In this document: piece by piece, positions 27,101-36,161 of the stretch | Position numbering within the stretch: position 1 is the stretch's first letter | Layout: each line of letters opens with the position of its first letter | Source of the DNA: an uncultured Bryobacterales bacterium | GTDB taxonomy: Bacteria > Acidobacteriota > Terriglobia > Bryobacterales > UBA6623 | Direction of reading: 5' to 3' | Assembly (NCBI GenBank): GCA_958295955.1 | Contig: OY282420.1 | Span: 45,714-109,713, forward strand | Length of the DNA stretch: 64,000 nt | The notes under the pieces: model-generated | What the model was told of the DNA's origin: nothing | The model's input: only the letters and a program-made list of their open reading frames with translations | Databases searched by the model: none | Translations under genes and position numbers: made by a program

Positions 27101-27593
27101 CGCCGCCGCCGAAAGCGGCCTTGACCATCAGCGGGAAACCGACCGCTTCCGCCGCCCTGAAGGCTTCGGCGGGATTGTCGCCGGCCGTCTCGACTCCCGG
27201 TACGGTCGGCACGCCCGCATCGCGCGCCAAACGCTTGGCGGCGGTTTTGTCGCCGAGCTTGTCGAGCAACTCCGCCGTAGGCCCTACGAAGGTAATGCCG
27301 GCCGCGGCGCAGGCCCGCGCGAACGCGCTGTTTTCCGACAAGAATCCGTACCCGGGGTGGATAGCCTCGACATCGCGCTCCTTGGCCAGCGCAACGATGC
27401 CTTCGATATCGAGATACGCCGCTACGGGACCCTTGCCGCCGCCGATCTCATACGCCTCGTCGGCTTTGAAGCGGTGCAGGCTCAGCCGATCCTCGTGCGA
27501 ATAGATGGTGGCCGTGCGCAGCCCGAGCTCCGTTGCGGCGCGCATGATGCGAATGGCGATCTCGCCGCGGTTGGCGGCCAACAGTTTTTTCAT
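24156..27593 (-). CDS. pyc: pyruvate carboxylase (single-chain)
   Basis: MKKLLAANRGEIAIRIMRAATELG biotin carboxylase N-terminus (ATG 27593 after GGAGAG). Carboxyltransferase TIM blocks (TFRDAHQSL, VHFHTHDSSG). C-terminal biotinyl motif LEAMKMQ. The track ORF is over-extended by 114 codons. Confidence 0.92.
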   Translation of the reverse strand: MKKLLAANRGEIAIRIMRAATELGLRTATIYSHEDRLSLHRFKADEAYEIGGGKGPVAAYLDIEGIVALAKERDVEAIHPGYGFLSENSAFARACAAAGITFVGPTAELLDKLGDKTAAKRLARDAGVPTVPGVETAGDNPAEAFRAAEAVGFPLMVKAAFGGGGRGMRVVRSAEELKEKFEEAQKEAQLAFGNGAVFMERFVSKARHIEVQILGDSHGSIVHLWERDCSVQRRHQKVVEMAPAANLSRKLRSELCEAAVSIARSAGYVNAGTVEFLVDAETEEWFFIEVNPRIQVEHTVTEMVTGVDLVRAQILVAQGCKLHEKPIDFPLQGEIETRGFAIQCRITTEDPEDNFSPDYGQIQTYRSPAGLGIRLDGASAYAGAVLSPSYDSLLVKLTAWNATLAGVCRRADRALREFRIRGVKTNIQFLQNVVNHKDFQAGKVTTRFLDNTPELFRYTQGRDRANRLLAYIGDVIVNGNPTVKGKPAPAKFDPPPPVPFERGIEPAPGTRQRLQELGPDKFADWVREQKPLLVTDTTFRDAHQSLLATRVRTHDLLGTAEAVSRRLPNLFSLEMWGGATFDSCLRFLYEDPWERLRLLRAAIPNICFQMLLRASNAVGYTSYPDNVVREFTLEAARQGIDIFRIFDSLNDVDNMQVAIDAVRETGAICEPAICYTGDILDPSRPKYNLNYYVDLARKLKTAGAHILGIKDMAGLCRPYAATQLVKVLKQEIGLPVHFHTHDSSGLNASTLLKASDAGVDIVDAANAALSGSTSQPNLNSIVGSLKNTARDTGLDETALGDCSLYWETVRAYYLPFDNAPRSGSARLYKHEIPGGQFTNLQQQAGAMGLAHRWREVERMYADVNRLFGDIVKVTPSSKVVGDMALYLLVKGMTCDEVRKLPAAHSVDFPNSVVDMMKGSLGRPPGGWPKEVQQILLRKEKPIQGRAGGKLPAVDFKAAAADLEKKIGRHVGRDEVLSSLLYPEVFKKFADTRRKYADVGVLPTPVFFYGLKQGEECSFDIEPGKTLIVKFLTFGEPHADGTRTVFFELNGQARQVRIRDNSLKAEEGAARKADSGNESHVGAPTPGLITGLFVAAGDAVKRHDKLLALEAMKMQSTIYAPRDGKVTEVLVEPGMQVEAKDLLVVL

Positions 27594-27644
27594 GACGACT
27601 CTCCAGAATATCAGCGGCCGGTCTGTCTCCCAAAATTCCGAATT

Positions 27645-27650
27645 TATAAT
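27645..27650. promoter_or_regulatory. perfect TATAAT hexamer in the 65-bp pyc / PSCyt-gene divergent spacer
   Basis: Read directly. It lies 9 nt upstream of the GTG at 27659 (plus strand). Its complement ATTATA/TATAAA lies about 50 nt upstream of the pyc ATG. Orientation and function unknown, and no convincing -35. Confidence 0.2.
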
Positions 27651-27658
27651 GATGGGCA

Positions 27659-29995
27659 GTGCGGCTCGTTTTTTTAATCGCCTTGGCCGCCGCGCCGCTT
27701 GCCGCCGCCGACTTTGGAGCCGATGTCCGTCCTTTCCTGGTCGAGCATTGCGCGGCCTGCCACGGAGCGGAAGTCCAAATGGCCAAGCTGCGGCTGGACG
27801 GATTCGAAAACGAGCGGCAAGCGCTGGCCGATCCGGGCGTCTGGGAAGACGTGCTGCGCATGATCGCAGCGCGGAAGATGCCCCCGGCCGGCAGCGCGCG
27901 GCCTTCGCCTGAGTCCTACGCGCGGGTGAGCGCATGGATCGAATCGCGGCTCGATCGGATCGTTGCCGCCCGCAAACCCGACCCCGGCAGGGTCACCGCC
28001 CGGCGTCTGAACCGCAGCGAATACAACCACACGGTCCGTGACCTGCTGCACGTCGATTTGCGGCCCGCCGACGATTTTCCGGTGGACGATTCCGGGTACG
28101 GCTTCGACAACAACGGCGACGTGCTCTCGATATCGCCCGTTCTGATGGAAAAATACGTGCGGGCGGCCGAGAAGCTCGCGCGCGCGGCAATCTGGGACGG
28201 CCCCCGGCAAGCGCAGCCGACGCGATTTCGGATTCAGGCCGACCGGCGGCAGGCAGGCGAACCACAGGCGGCGGCGATCGGCGAAGTTGCGCCTTTCACG
28301 CCGGACGGCTCCATGAGCCTCAGCTACGAATTCCAGGCAACCGGCAACTACCGCATTTCATTCGGCGCCGTGGACCGGCGGTTGCGCTCGCCGGACAACG
28401 GCCGGTACCTCAACAATGTCCCCGCGCCGCCGCCGAGAATCATGACGATGACGCTCGACGGGGAGCGGATCGCGACCAAGGCGGTCGAGGCCGCCAACGG
28501 CTTTGACCGCAGCGAGCGAATCACGCGGCGCATCGCAGCCGGAACGCGCGCCATTCGGCTGGGTTTTATCGATGCGGGCGCTCAGCCGATGAATCCGAAT
28601 CTCGAGTACGACCAGCGGCGGCTTTGGGTCGATTATCTCGAAATCAGCGGGCCTTTCGATGCCGCCGCGCGTCCGCTGCCGGAAAGCCATCGCCGGATCG
28701 TGATCTGTACGCCCGACGCGGAAGAGCCCTGGCGGCCTTGCATGCGGCGGCTGCTCGCGCAGTTGCTCCGGCGGGCGTTCCGCCGGCCCGCGGCGGCCGG
28801 CCGGAGCGACCGTTTCATGCAACTGGCGGAGCGCGCGATGAAAGACGGCGCCGGATTCGAAGGCGCCGTTCAACTGGCGCTCCAGTCGGTTCTGGTTTCG
28901 CCGGAATTCCTGTTTCGGATAGAGCGCGATCCGCATTCCACAGACGCGGACGGCATGGGGCGAATCGATGCCTTCGAACTTGCCTCGCAGTTGTCGTACT
29001 TCCTCTGGAGCAGCATGCCGGACGATGAGTTGCTCGATGCGGCGGAGCAGGGCGGCCTGGACGATCCCGATGAGTTGCAGCGTCAAGTCAGGCGGATGCT
29101 CGACAGTCCCAAAGCCGCCGCTTTCGTCGAAAATTTCGCCGGTCAATGGCTGCAACTGCGCAACCTTGCGCAGGCGAGCCCCGACGCCGCGCTGTTCCCG
29201 GAATTCGACGACGAGTTGCGCGCCGCGATGAAACGGGAGACGGAACTCTTTTTCGCCGCGGTCATGCGCGAAGACCGCAGCCTTCTGGAATTCCTCGACA
29301 GCGACTTCACTTTTTTGAACGAGCGTCTGGCCCGGCACTATGGAATCGACGGAATCGAGGGCGACGAGTTCCACAGAGTCGCCCTTACGGACGAGCGCCG
29401 CGGCGGTTTGCTGAGCCATGCCGGCATATTGACCGTTTCTTCGTACCCAACGCGAACGTCGCCCGTTCTGCGCGGGCTGTGGGTGATGGAGAACATTTTG
29501 GGCCGGGCGCCGCCGCCCCCTCCTCCTGACGTGCCCGAGCTCGAGGCAACGGAGGCCGGCATCGGCGGAACCCTGCGAGAGCAGCTTGAAAAACACCGGG
29601 CGAATGAAAGCTGCGCGTCGTGCCACCGCGTGATGGACGCCATCGGCTTCGGCCTGGAAAATTACGATCCGATCGGCAGATGGCGAACCCACGAAGGTAA
29701 GCTGCCGCTCGATGTTTCCGGGGAGTTGCCGGGCGGCAAGCGCTTCGAGTCGCCGGCCGAGTTGCGGCGCATCCTGCGCGACAGCGAAGCGGATACGGCC
29801 GCCAGGGCGCTCACGAAGAAACTGATGACCTATGCCTTGGGGCGCGGCGTCGAACGCAGCGACAATCCGGCCGTCGACGCAATCCAGGCCAAGCTGGCCG
29901 CCGGCGGATACCGCTTTTCGGTATTGATCGACGGCATCGTATCGAGCATGCCCTTTCGGATGCGCCGCCGCGCGCCGGCGGGGAGCGCAGAGTAA
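27659..29995 (+). CDS. PSCyt-type cytochrome c domain / DUF1587-DUF1592-DUF1595-DUF1588-DUF1585 family protein
   Basis: Signal VRLVFLIALAAAPLAAA. Heme motif FLVEHCAACHG. Later CASCHRVMDAIGFGLENYDPIGRWR (DUF1588/1585-type block). Architecture typical of Planctomycete/Acidobacterial families. Confidence 0.7.
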   Translation: MRLVFLIALAAAPLAAADFGADVRPFLVEHCAACHGAEVQMAKLRLDGFENERQALADPGVWEDVLRMIAARKMPPAGSARPSPESYARVSAWIESRLDRIVAARKPDPGRVTARRLNRSEYNHTVRDLLHVDLRPADDFPVDDSGYGFDNNGDVLSISPVLMEKYVRAAEKLARAAIWDGPRQAQPTRFRIQADRRQAGEPQAAAIGEVAPFTPDGSMSLSYEFQATGNYRISFGAVDRRLRSPDNGRYLNNVPAPPPRIMTMTLDGERIATKAVEAANGFDRSERITRRIAAGTRAIRLGFIDAGAQPMNPNLEYDQRRLWVDYLEISGPFDAAARPLPESHRRIVICTPDAEEPWRPCMRRLLAQLLRRAFRRPAAAGRSDRFMQLAERAMKDGAGFEGAVQLALQSVLVSPEFLFRIERDPHSTDADGMGRIDAFELASQLSYFLWSSMPDDELLDAAEQGGLDDPDELQRQVRRMLDSPKAAAFVENFAGQWLQLRNLAQASPDAALFPEFDDELRAAMKRETELFFAAVMREDRSLLEFLDSDFTFLNERLARHYGIDGIEGDEFHRVALTDERRGGLLSHAGILTVSSYPTRTSPVLRGLWVMENILGRAPPPPPPDVPELEATEAGIGGTLREQLEKHRANESCASCHRVMDAIGFGLENYDPIGRWRTHEGKLPLDVSGELPGGKRFESPAELRRILRDSEADTAARALTKKLMTYALGRGVERSDNPAVDAIQAKLAAGGYRFSVLIDGIVSSMPFRMRRRAPAGSAE

Positions 29996-30001
29996 GCGGA
30001 C

Positions 30002-31144
30002 TTAAACGCGGACGATCTTGCCCAAAACAACCGGCCGCGATGCTCCCGTGGCCGACGGCAGGTTTGCCGGCCGGTTATGGAACGACTCATAGGCCAGCAC
30101 CGCAAAGGCGATTGCTTCTTTGGCGTCACTGTCGATGCCGAACGCATTCGACGGAAGAATTTCGGCGTCCGGCAAGCCTTCTCCGATTTGCCGCATGATT
30201 TCGGGGTTATGCCAACCGCCGCCGGATACGATCAACTGCTCGACGGGCATGTTCGGCTGCACGAATCGCTCGATGCCCAGCAGAATCGTGCGCGCCGTGA
30301 GGGCCGTGGCGGTGGCCGTCAGGGAGTCGGCAGGAATCCCGCGGCGCAGAAGGTCCGCCGCGAAGTCCGCGCCGTATTGTTCTCTACCTGCGCTCTTCGG
30401 CGCCGGCTTGCGGTAGTACGGCGCATCGAGCAATTCGGCCAGCAGGTCTTCATCGACGCTCCCGCGCCGGGCCATGGCGCCGTCCCGGTCGAAGCGCATG
30501 CGCCCCGCCGAGAACCGCGCCGCGAGCGCATCGACGACCATGTTGCCGGGGCCGGTGTCGAAGGCCGTAACCGCCTCGCTGCCGCAGCCCGCCGGGATGG
30601 CGGTAATGTTTGCGATTCCCCCGATGTTCAGCGCCGCTCGGTTGATTGCAGCGTCGCGGTAGAGCAAATAGTCCACGTAGGGAACCAGCGGCGCGCCCTG
30701 TCCGCCGGCGGCCATGTCCGCCGGGCGAAAATCCGCGACCACGGGAGTCTTTGTCTTCTCCGCGATCAGCGCCGGCTCGCCGATCTGCAGCGTGCAGGCA
30801 ATCCGTCTCCCGCAAACTTCGGCGGGCGCGGCTTGGTGATAGACGGTCTGCCCGTGCGAGCCGACAAGATCGAGCCGCTCCAAGGGAACCCCTGCGCTCT
30901 TGCAGGCATCGACCACCGCCTCGCCGTAAAGCTCGCCCAAAAGAAAGTTGAGCCGGCCGATGCGTCCGGTGTGGGTGTCGGCGTTGGAGACGGCGAGCAG
31001 CGCCTGCGCAACATCTCGGGGATAGGGCGATTGTCGGAAGGCGAGCGGGCGGACTTGCTGAGAGAAACCTTCCCCCGCGATTTCCACGAGAGCGACATCG
31101 ATCCCGTCGAGCGACGTGCCGCTCATGATCCCCGCTACCAACAC
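30002..31144 (-). CDS. anmK: anhydro-N-acetylmuramic acid kinase
   Basis: MLVAGIMSGTSLDGIDVALVEI, GSHGQTVYH, NIGGIANIT, DTGPGN, SGGGWHN: canonical AnmK blocks. Confidence 0.88.
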   Translation of the reverse strand: MLVAGIMSGTSLDGIDVALVEIAGEGFSQQVRPLAFRQSPYPRDVAQALLAVSNADTHTGRIGRLNFLLGELYGEAVVDACKSAGVPLERLDLVGSHGQTVYHQAAPAEVCGRRIACTLQIGEPALIAEKTKTPVVADFRPADMAAGGQGAPLVPYVDYLLYRDAAINRAALNIGGIANITAIPAGCGSEAVTAFDTGPGNMVVDALAARFSAGRMRFDRDGAMARRGSVDEDLLAELLDAPYYRKPAPKSAGREQYGADFAADLLRRGIPADSLTATATALTARTILLGIERFVQPNMPVEQLIVSGGGWHNPEIMRQIGEGLPDAEILPSNAFGIDSDAKEAIAFAVLAYESFHNRPANLPSATGASRPVVLGKIVRV

Positions 31145-31177
31145 GTCTTTGCGGATGAACGCGCCGGCAGGGGAGGG

Positions 31178-32143
31178 CTACGCATCTTCGTGGGCGCGGA
31201 AGCGGCGGTCAAGAGCCAATTTGTAGCGCGCGGACGTTTTCCCCGAAAACTCCTCCATGCCGCTCCTGTCCATCGGTTCGAACTCCCGCGCGGTCTTTAC
31301 GTTGGCGTGCAGGTACTCGTGTTTCGGCACGCCCACCGTGCAAACGGAAACCGGCAGCGAAAGGGAGTAGCGCAGGAGTTTCTCCGGGGGAGAATCGGGG
31401 CCGATGATGTCTTCCTGCCCAAAAACCTTCATGGCCACGATGCCCAGCCCTTTTTCGACGGCGACCGGCAGTGCGATCTTCTCGAAGCTGGTCGTCATCG
31501 CCGGATTGATCCTCATTTTGCCCTCGCCGCTGCGCATTCCCTGCAATGCGGCATTCAAAGCCATTTGCGTGCAGTCCACGTCGTACCGTCTCAGGGCTTC
31601 CGCCAGCACGGTCGGATCCGTGTGCGAGGTAATGCCGATGAAGCGCGTGATCTTGCGCTCGCGCAGCTTGTAGAGCGCTTCCATGACCTTTTCTTTTTCG
31701 ACCTTGGCCAGATCTTCGGGTCCCTGGAGGCTGTGCAGGTGGAGCAAGTCCATCCGGTCGATGCCCAGGCGCCGGAGGCTTTCGTCGGCTGTGCGCATCA
31801 CGTCGTCCGCCGTACGGGCTTGGGTCTTGGTGGCCACGAAAAGCCCTTTGCGGCGGCCTTTGATGGCTTCGCCGACCCAGGTTTCGCTCTCGCCTCTGCC
31901 ATACGACTGGGCCGTGTCGATGTAATTGATTCCGCTGCGCAGCGCCAGGTCGAGCGCCTCGACGCCCTTGTCCTGCTCTTTGTACATCGCCAGGCGGCTG
32001 CCGCAGCCTATGGCCAGGATGGAAGTTTGGAATCCCGTTTTGCCTAGCGGCCTGGTGGGAAGAGCGCGCCCTTTCGCTTGCGCGAACGGGGCCGCTGCGG
32101 CGGCGCCCAGAAACTCACGGCGGGTGACGGATAAACGGCTCAT
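31178..32143 (-). CDS. aldo/keto reductase with Tat-type signal
   Basis: ATG 32143 preceded by AAGGAGG (complement of 32150-32157). MSRLSVTRREFLGAAAAAPFAQA. LGKTGFQTSILAIGCG, INYIDTAQSYG and IGITSH blocks. The upstream 167 codons of the track ORF are an artefact. Confidence 0.8.
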   Translation of the reverse strand: MSRLSVTRREFLGAAAAAPFAQAKGRALPTRPLGKTGFQTSILAIGCGSRLAMYKEQDKGVEALDLALRSGINYIDTAQSYGRGESETWVGEAIKGRRKGLFVATKTQARTADDVMRTADESLRRLGIDRMDLLHLHSLQGPEDLAKVEKEKVMEALYKLRERKITRFIGITSHTDPTVLAEALRRYDVDCTQMALNAALQGMRSGEGKMRINPAMTTSFEKIALPVAVEKGLGIVAMKVFGQEDIIGPDSPPEKLLRYSLSLPVSVCTVGVPKHEYLHANVKTAREFEPMDRSGMEEFSGKTSARYKLALDRRFRAHEDA

Positions 32144-32246
32144 GGCGAAAACCTCCTTGGAACGCACACTTACCATGCCACAATCCGGCACGGCCTGTAA
32201 ATAAAACAAACGCAAAATACCCTCGGTTTCGTAAAGAATTTGGGGC

Positions 32247-32274
32247 TTGCCGCGGCGCGGCAACCGTTGCCGCG
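32247..32274 (-). terminator. three-arm GC-rich inverted repeat immediately after the lepA stop (alternative hairpins)
   Basis: Plus strand TTGCCGCG(32247-54) G CGCGGCAA(32256-63) CCG TTGCCGCG(32267-74). The middle arm can pair with either neighbour. Followed on the transcribed strand by an A/U-rich stretch but no clean U-tract. Confidence 0.35.
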
Positions 32275-34077
32275 TTATTCGTCGTGTACGTCCAGCACCG
32301 CGAGAAACGCTTCCTGCGGAATGTCGACGCGTCCGACGCGCTTCATCCGGCGCTTGCCCTCGCGCTGCTTCTCCAGCAGCTTGCGCTTGCGCGTAATGTC
32401 GCCGCCATAGCATTTGGCGGTCACGTTTTTGCGCAAGGCGGCGATGTTGTCCCTGGCCACGATCTTGGCGCCGACCGCGGCTTGCAACGCGACTTCGAAT
32501 TGCTGGCGGGGAATGAGCTTCCGAAACTTGCGGATGAGCGACTTCCCGCGGGCATGCGCCTGATCTCGATGCACAATGACCGACAGCGCGTCGATTGGCT
32601 CGCCCGCCACCAGGATGTCGAGTTTGACCATAGGCGATCGCCAATAGCCGGCGAAATGGTAATCGACAGAGGCGTATCCCCGCGAAACCGTCTTCAGACG
32701 GTCGTAAAAGTCCAGCACAATCTCGTTCAGCGGCACCTCGTAGGTCAGGATGGCCCGGTTGCCCGCCGCGTATTCGAAGCTCTTCTGGACGCCGCGTTTT
32801 TCTTCCATGAGCTTCAAGATGCCTCCGAGATATTGGTCCTGAGCAATGACCGTTACGGTGAACGCCGGCTCTTCGACCTTCGCCGGCGCCTGCGGGGAAG
32901 GCCAGCGGCTGGGGTTATCGATCTCCACCGTCTCGCCGTCGGTCTTCGTCACGCGGTAGCGCACGCCCGGGGCGGTGGTGATGAGTTCGAGATCGAATTC
33001 GCGCTCGAGCCGCTCGCGCACGACATCGAGATGCAGCAGTCCCAGGAATCCGCAGCGAAAGCCGAATCCCAACGCGGCGGAGCTTTCCGGCTCGAACTGA
33101 AACGAACGGTCGTTGAGCTGAAGCTTTTCGAGCGCCTCGCGCAAAACCGTGTGTTCGTGCGAGTCCAGCGGATAAAGCCCGGCGAACACCATGGGCTTGG
33201 ACTCCTCGAAGCCGGGCAGCGGCGTTTGGGGCGGGTCGGCGTTGTCGCATATGGTGTCGCCGACCTTCGTTTCGGTGACGTTTTTGATGTTGCAAACCAG
33301 CCAACCCACCTCGCCGCTGCGCAACTCGCCGCAGCGGACCGACTTCGGGGTTTGAAAGCCGATATCCTCAACTTCGTACGCGCGTCCGGTCGCCCACAGG
33401 CGAATCTTCATGCCTTTGCGCAGGATGCCGTCCACGACCCGCGCCAGCATGATGACGCCGCGGTAGGGGTCGTACCAGGAATCGAAGAGCAGGGCGCGCA
33501 ACGGAGCGCCGTCGACGGCCTTGGGAGGAGGAATGCGCTCGACGATCGCCTCGAGCACTGCGTCGATGCCGCGTCCGGTTTTCGCGCTGATCGGCAGCGC
33601 GTCGTGTGCTTCCAGGCCGACCGTCGTCTCGATCTCTTCGCGGACGCGCTCGGGTTCCGCTGCGGCCAAGTCGATTTTGTTGAGGATCGGCACAATTTCC
33701 AGATCGTGCTCGAGCGCCAGATAGACGTTCGCCAGGGTTTGCGCTTCAACGCCCTGGGCGGCGTCGACGACCAGCAGCGCGCCCTCGCAGGCGGCCAGGC
33801 TGCGCGAGACCTCGTACCAGAAATCGACATGCCCGGGGGTGTCGATCAGGTTGAGTTGGTAGGTCTCGCCGTCTCGAGCCGTGTAGGCCAGGCGCACGGT
33901 TTGCGCTTTGATGGTGATGCCCCGCTCGCGCTCGAGATCCATCGAGTCGAGCACCTGCTCCTGCATTTCCCGCCGGCTGAGCGCACCGGTCCGTTCGAGC
34001 AGACGGTCAGCCAAAGTTGACTTCCCGTGATCGATATGGGCAATGATCGAGAAATTGCGTATGCGCGAAGAGTCCAT
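32275..34077 (-). CDS. lepA: elongation factor 4 (LepA)
   Basis: [45 protein letters not shown] and the C-terminal LepA-specific region. ATG 34077 (track ORF over-extended). Confidence 0.93.
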   Translation of the reverse strand: MDSSRIRNFSIIAHIDHGKSTLADRLLERTGALSRREMQEQVLDSMDLERERGITIKAQTVRLAYTARDGETYQLNLIDTPGHVDFWYEVSRSLAACEGALLVVDAAQGVEAQTLANVYLALEHDLEIVPILNKIDLAAAEPERVREEIETTVGLEAHDALPISAKTGRGIDAVLEAIVERIPPPKAVDGAPLRALLFDSWYDPYRGVIMLARVVDGILRKGMKIRLWATGRAYEVEDIGFQTPKSVRCGELRSGEVGWLVCNIKNVTETKVGDTICDNADPPQTPLPGFEESKPMVFAGLYPLDSHEHTVLREALEKLQLNDRSFQFEPESSAALGFGFRCGFLGLLHLDVVRERLEREFDLELITTAPGVRYRVTKTDGETVEIDNPSRWPSPQAPAKVEEPAFTVTVIAQDQYLGGILKLMEEKRGVQKSFEYAAGNRAILTYEVPLNEIVLDFYDRLKTVSRGYASVDYHFAGYWRSPMVKLDILVAGEPIDALSVIVHRDQAHARGKSLIRKFRKLIPRQQFEVALQAAVGAKIVARDNIAALRKNVTAKCYGGDITRKRKLLEKQREGKRRMKRVGRVDIPQEAFLAVLDVHDE

Positions 34078-34208
34078 CGCGGCTGTCGAACGAAAGGCGG
34101 GCGCCGGATGGGCCGCGCGCCCGCCTTCCATTTCGATTTTAACCCGTTGCCGCCGGAGCCGCCTGCGCGCCGGCGGATGGCATACTGGTAGCGGGCGTGT
34201 CCTCAAGC

Positions 34209-35426
34209 ATGGCCGATCCGCGCAAAATCATCCTCGGCGTCTCGGGCGGGATAGCCGCGTACAAGTCTGCCGAGCTCGTGCGTCAATTGCGCGGGGAGGG
34301 TTACGCGGTTCAAGTGGCGATGACCGCCGCCGCGCAGCAGTTCATCACGCCGTTGACGCTCGCCTCATTGAGCGGAAACAAAGTCATAACCGGCTTGTTC
34401 CACGACGGTTCGGACGCAGACACGCTGAACAGCGCGATCGAGCACGTCGCCGTGGCGCAAAGCGGCGATCTGCTGCTGGCGGCGCCGGCCACCGCCGATG
34501 TCCTGGCAAAGTTCGCGCACGGCATCGCCGATGACTTTCTGACCACGACGCACCTCGCTTTCGACGGCCCCGTGATCGTAGCTCCGGCAATGAACACCAA
34601 CATGTGGGAGCATCCGGCGACCCGGGAAAACATTGCCGTGCTGCGCGGCCGCGGCGTGACGGTCGTCGATCCGGGCAGCGGGGACTTGGCGTGCGGAACG
34701 GTCGGCCCGGGGCGTTTGGCGGAAATTTCCGACATCGTGAGCCGTGTCCGCGCGGTGTTCGCGGAGCGCGGAGAGCTTCGCGGGGAGACGGTTTTGATTA
34801 CGGCCGGCCCGACCCGCGAACCCCTCGACCCGGTGCGCTATCTCTCCAATCGTTCGAGCGGCCGGATGGGGTTCGCGCTGGCGGAAGAAGCCCGCCGCCG
34901 CGGCGCGCGGGTTGTCATTGTCTGCGGCCCCGTATCGCTCGAAACCCCAAGCGGCTGCGAACGCATCGACGTGGAAACCACTCAGGAGATGTACGACGCG
35001 GTGATGGCGCGGCTCGACGGCGCAACTCTGGCCGTGATGGCGGCCGCGGCCGCCGACTACCGCGCAGCGAGTCCGGCGGCGCAAAAAATCAAGAAACACG
35101 GCGGGCCTCCGGCCTTGCGCCTGGAAGAAACCGCCGACATCCTGCGCGCCGTCGGCGAGCGAAAGCACGGATTGTTCCTCGTGGGTTTCGCCGCCGAGAC
35201 GGAGCGCCTGGAAGCCAACGCCCGCAGAAAGCTGCAAGCGAAGAACTGCGATCTGATCGTGGCCAATCCGGTAGGCGGAGCAACGGGCTTCGACACGGCG
35301 GCAAACCAGGGGCTGATCTTGACCCGCGCCGGAGACGTCATTCGGCTCGACCCCATGTTGAAATCGGAAATGGCCGCCTGCATCTTCGATACGGCGGCCG
35401 CGCTGCGGCTGCGGCAGGCGGCTTGA
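34209..35426 (+). CDS. coaBC: bifunctional phosphopantothenoylcysteine decarboxylase / phosphopantothenate-cysteine ligase
   Basis: [61 protein letters not shown]: canonical Dfp/CoaBC. GTG 34197 is an alternative start. Confidence 0.9.
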   Translation: MADPRKIILGVSGGIAAYKSAELVRQLRGEGYAVQVAMTAAAQQFITPLTLASLSGNKVITGLFHDGSDADTLNSAIEHVAVAQSGDLLLAAPATADVLAKFAHGIADDFLTTTHLAFDGPVIVAPAMNTNMWEHPATRENIAVLRGRGVTVVDPGSGDLACGTVGPGRLAEISDIVSRVRAVFAERGELRGETVLITAGPTREPLDPVRYLSNRSSGRMGFALAEEARRRGARVVIVCGPVSLETPSGCERIDVETTQEMYDAVMARLDGATLAVMAAAAADYRAASPAAQKIKKHGGPPALRLEETADILRAVGERKHGLFLVGFAAETERLEANARRKLQAKNCDLIVANPVGGATGFDTAANQGLILTRAGDVIRLDPMLKSEMAACIFDTAAALRLRQAA

Positions 35427-35427
35427 C

Positions 35428-36127
35428 CATGTCCGCTCCCCTGCGCAATTACCTGGAGTTCTACCGCGACCTCGGCATTGCCGAACTTTTCGTCGATCCG
35501 CCGCCGGCAGGCGAGGCCGCGCCTGCTCCGGCGCCGGCGGATTCTGCCGATCCGGCAGGGCAACTCCAGGTCATTCAAAACGATATCGGCGATTGTACGC
35601 GCTGCCGTCTGCACAAAGGCCGCCACTCGATCGTTTTCGGCAGCGGCAATCCGCTGGCGAAGGTCGTCTTCGTCGGCGAAGGTCCCGGCGCCGACGAAGA
35701 CGCTCAGGGACTGCCGTTCGTCGGGCGGGCGGGGCAGCTTCTGACCCGGATGATCGAAAAGACCTGCGCCAAAGAAGGGTTGCCGGTTCGCCGCAACGAC
35801 GTTTACATCTGCAACGTCGTCAAATGCCGTCCGCCCGACAACCGCGCCCCGGAAAAAGACGAGATGGAAATCTGCGGCCGGTTTCTCGAGCGCCAGTTAC
35901 AAGCGATCGCGCCCAAAGCCGTCTGCGTGCTCGGCGGCACCGCGGCCAAGGCCCTGCTGCGCACCACCGCCGGCATCACCAAGCTGAGAGGCAATTGGCA
36001 GCGCTGGGGCGATATTCCCGTCATGCCCACCTTTCACCCTTCCTACCTGCTGCGCGCCTATAACGCAGAGGCCAAGCGCTTGGCCTGGGAAGACCTGAAA
36101 AAGCTTTTCCATCTCGCCTACGATTGA
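35428..36127 (+). CDS. uracil-DNA glycosylase, family 4
   Basis: ATG 35428, 1 nt after the coaBC TGA. CTRCRLHKGR, VVFVGEGPGADEDAQGLPFVGRAGQLL, VYICNVVKCRPPDNRAP, HPSYLLR: family-4 (Fe-S) UDG motifs. Confidence 0.85.
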
Positions 36128-36161
36128 CCCCGGCTTTACCCAGCCGCGCGCCAATGGGTCG

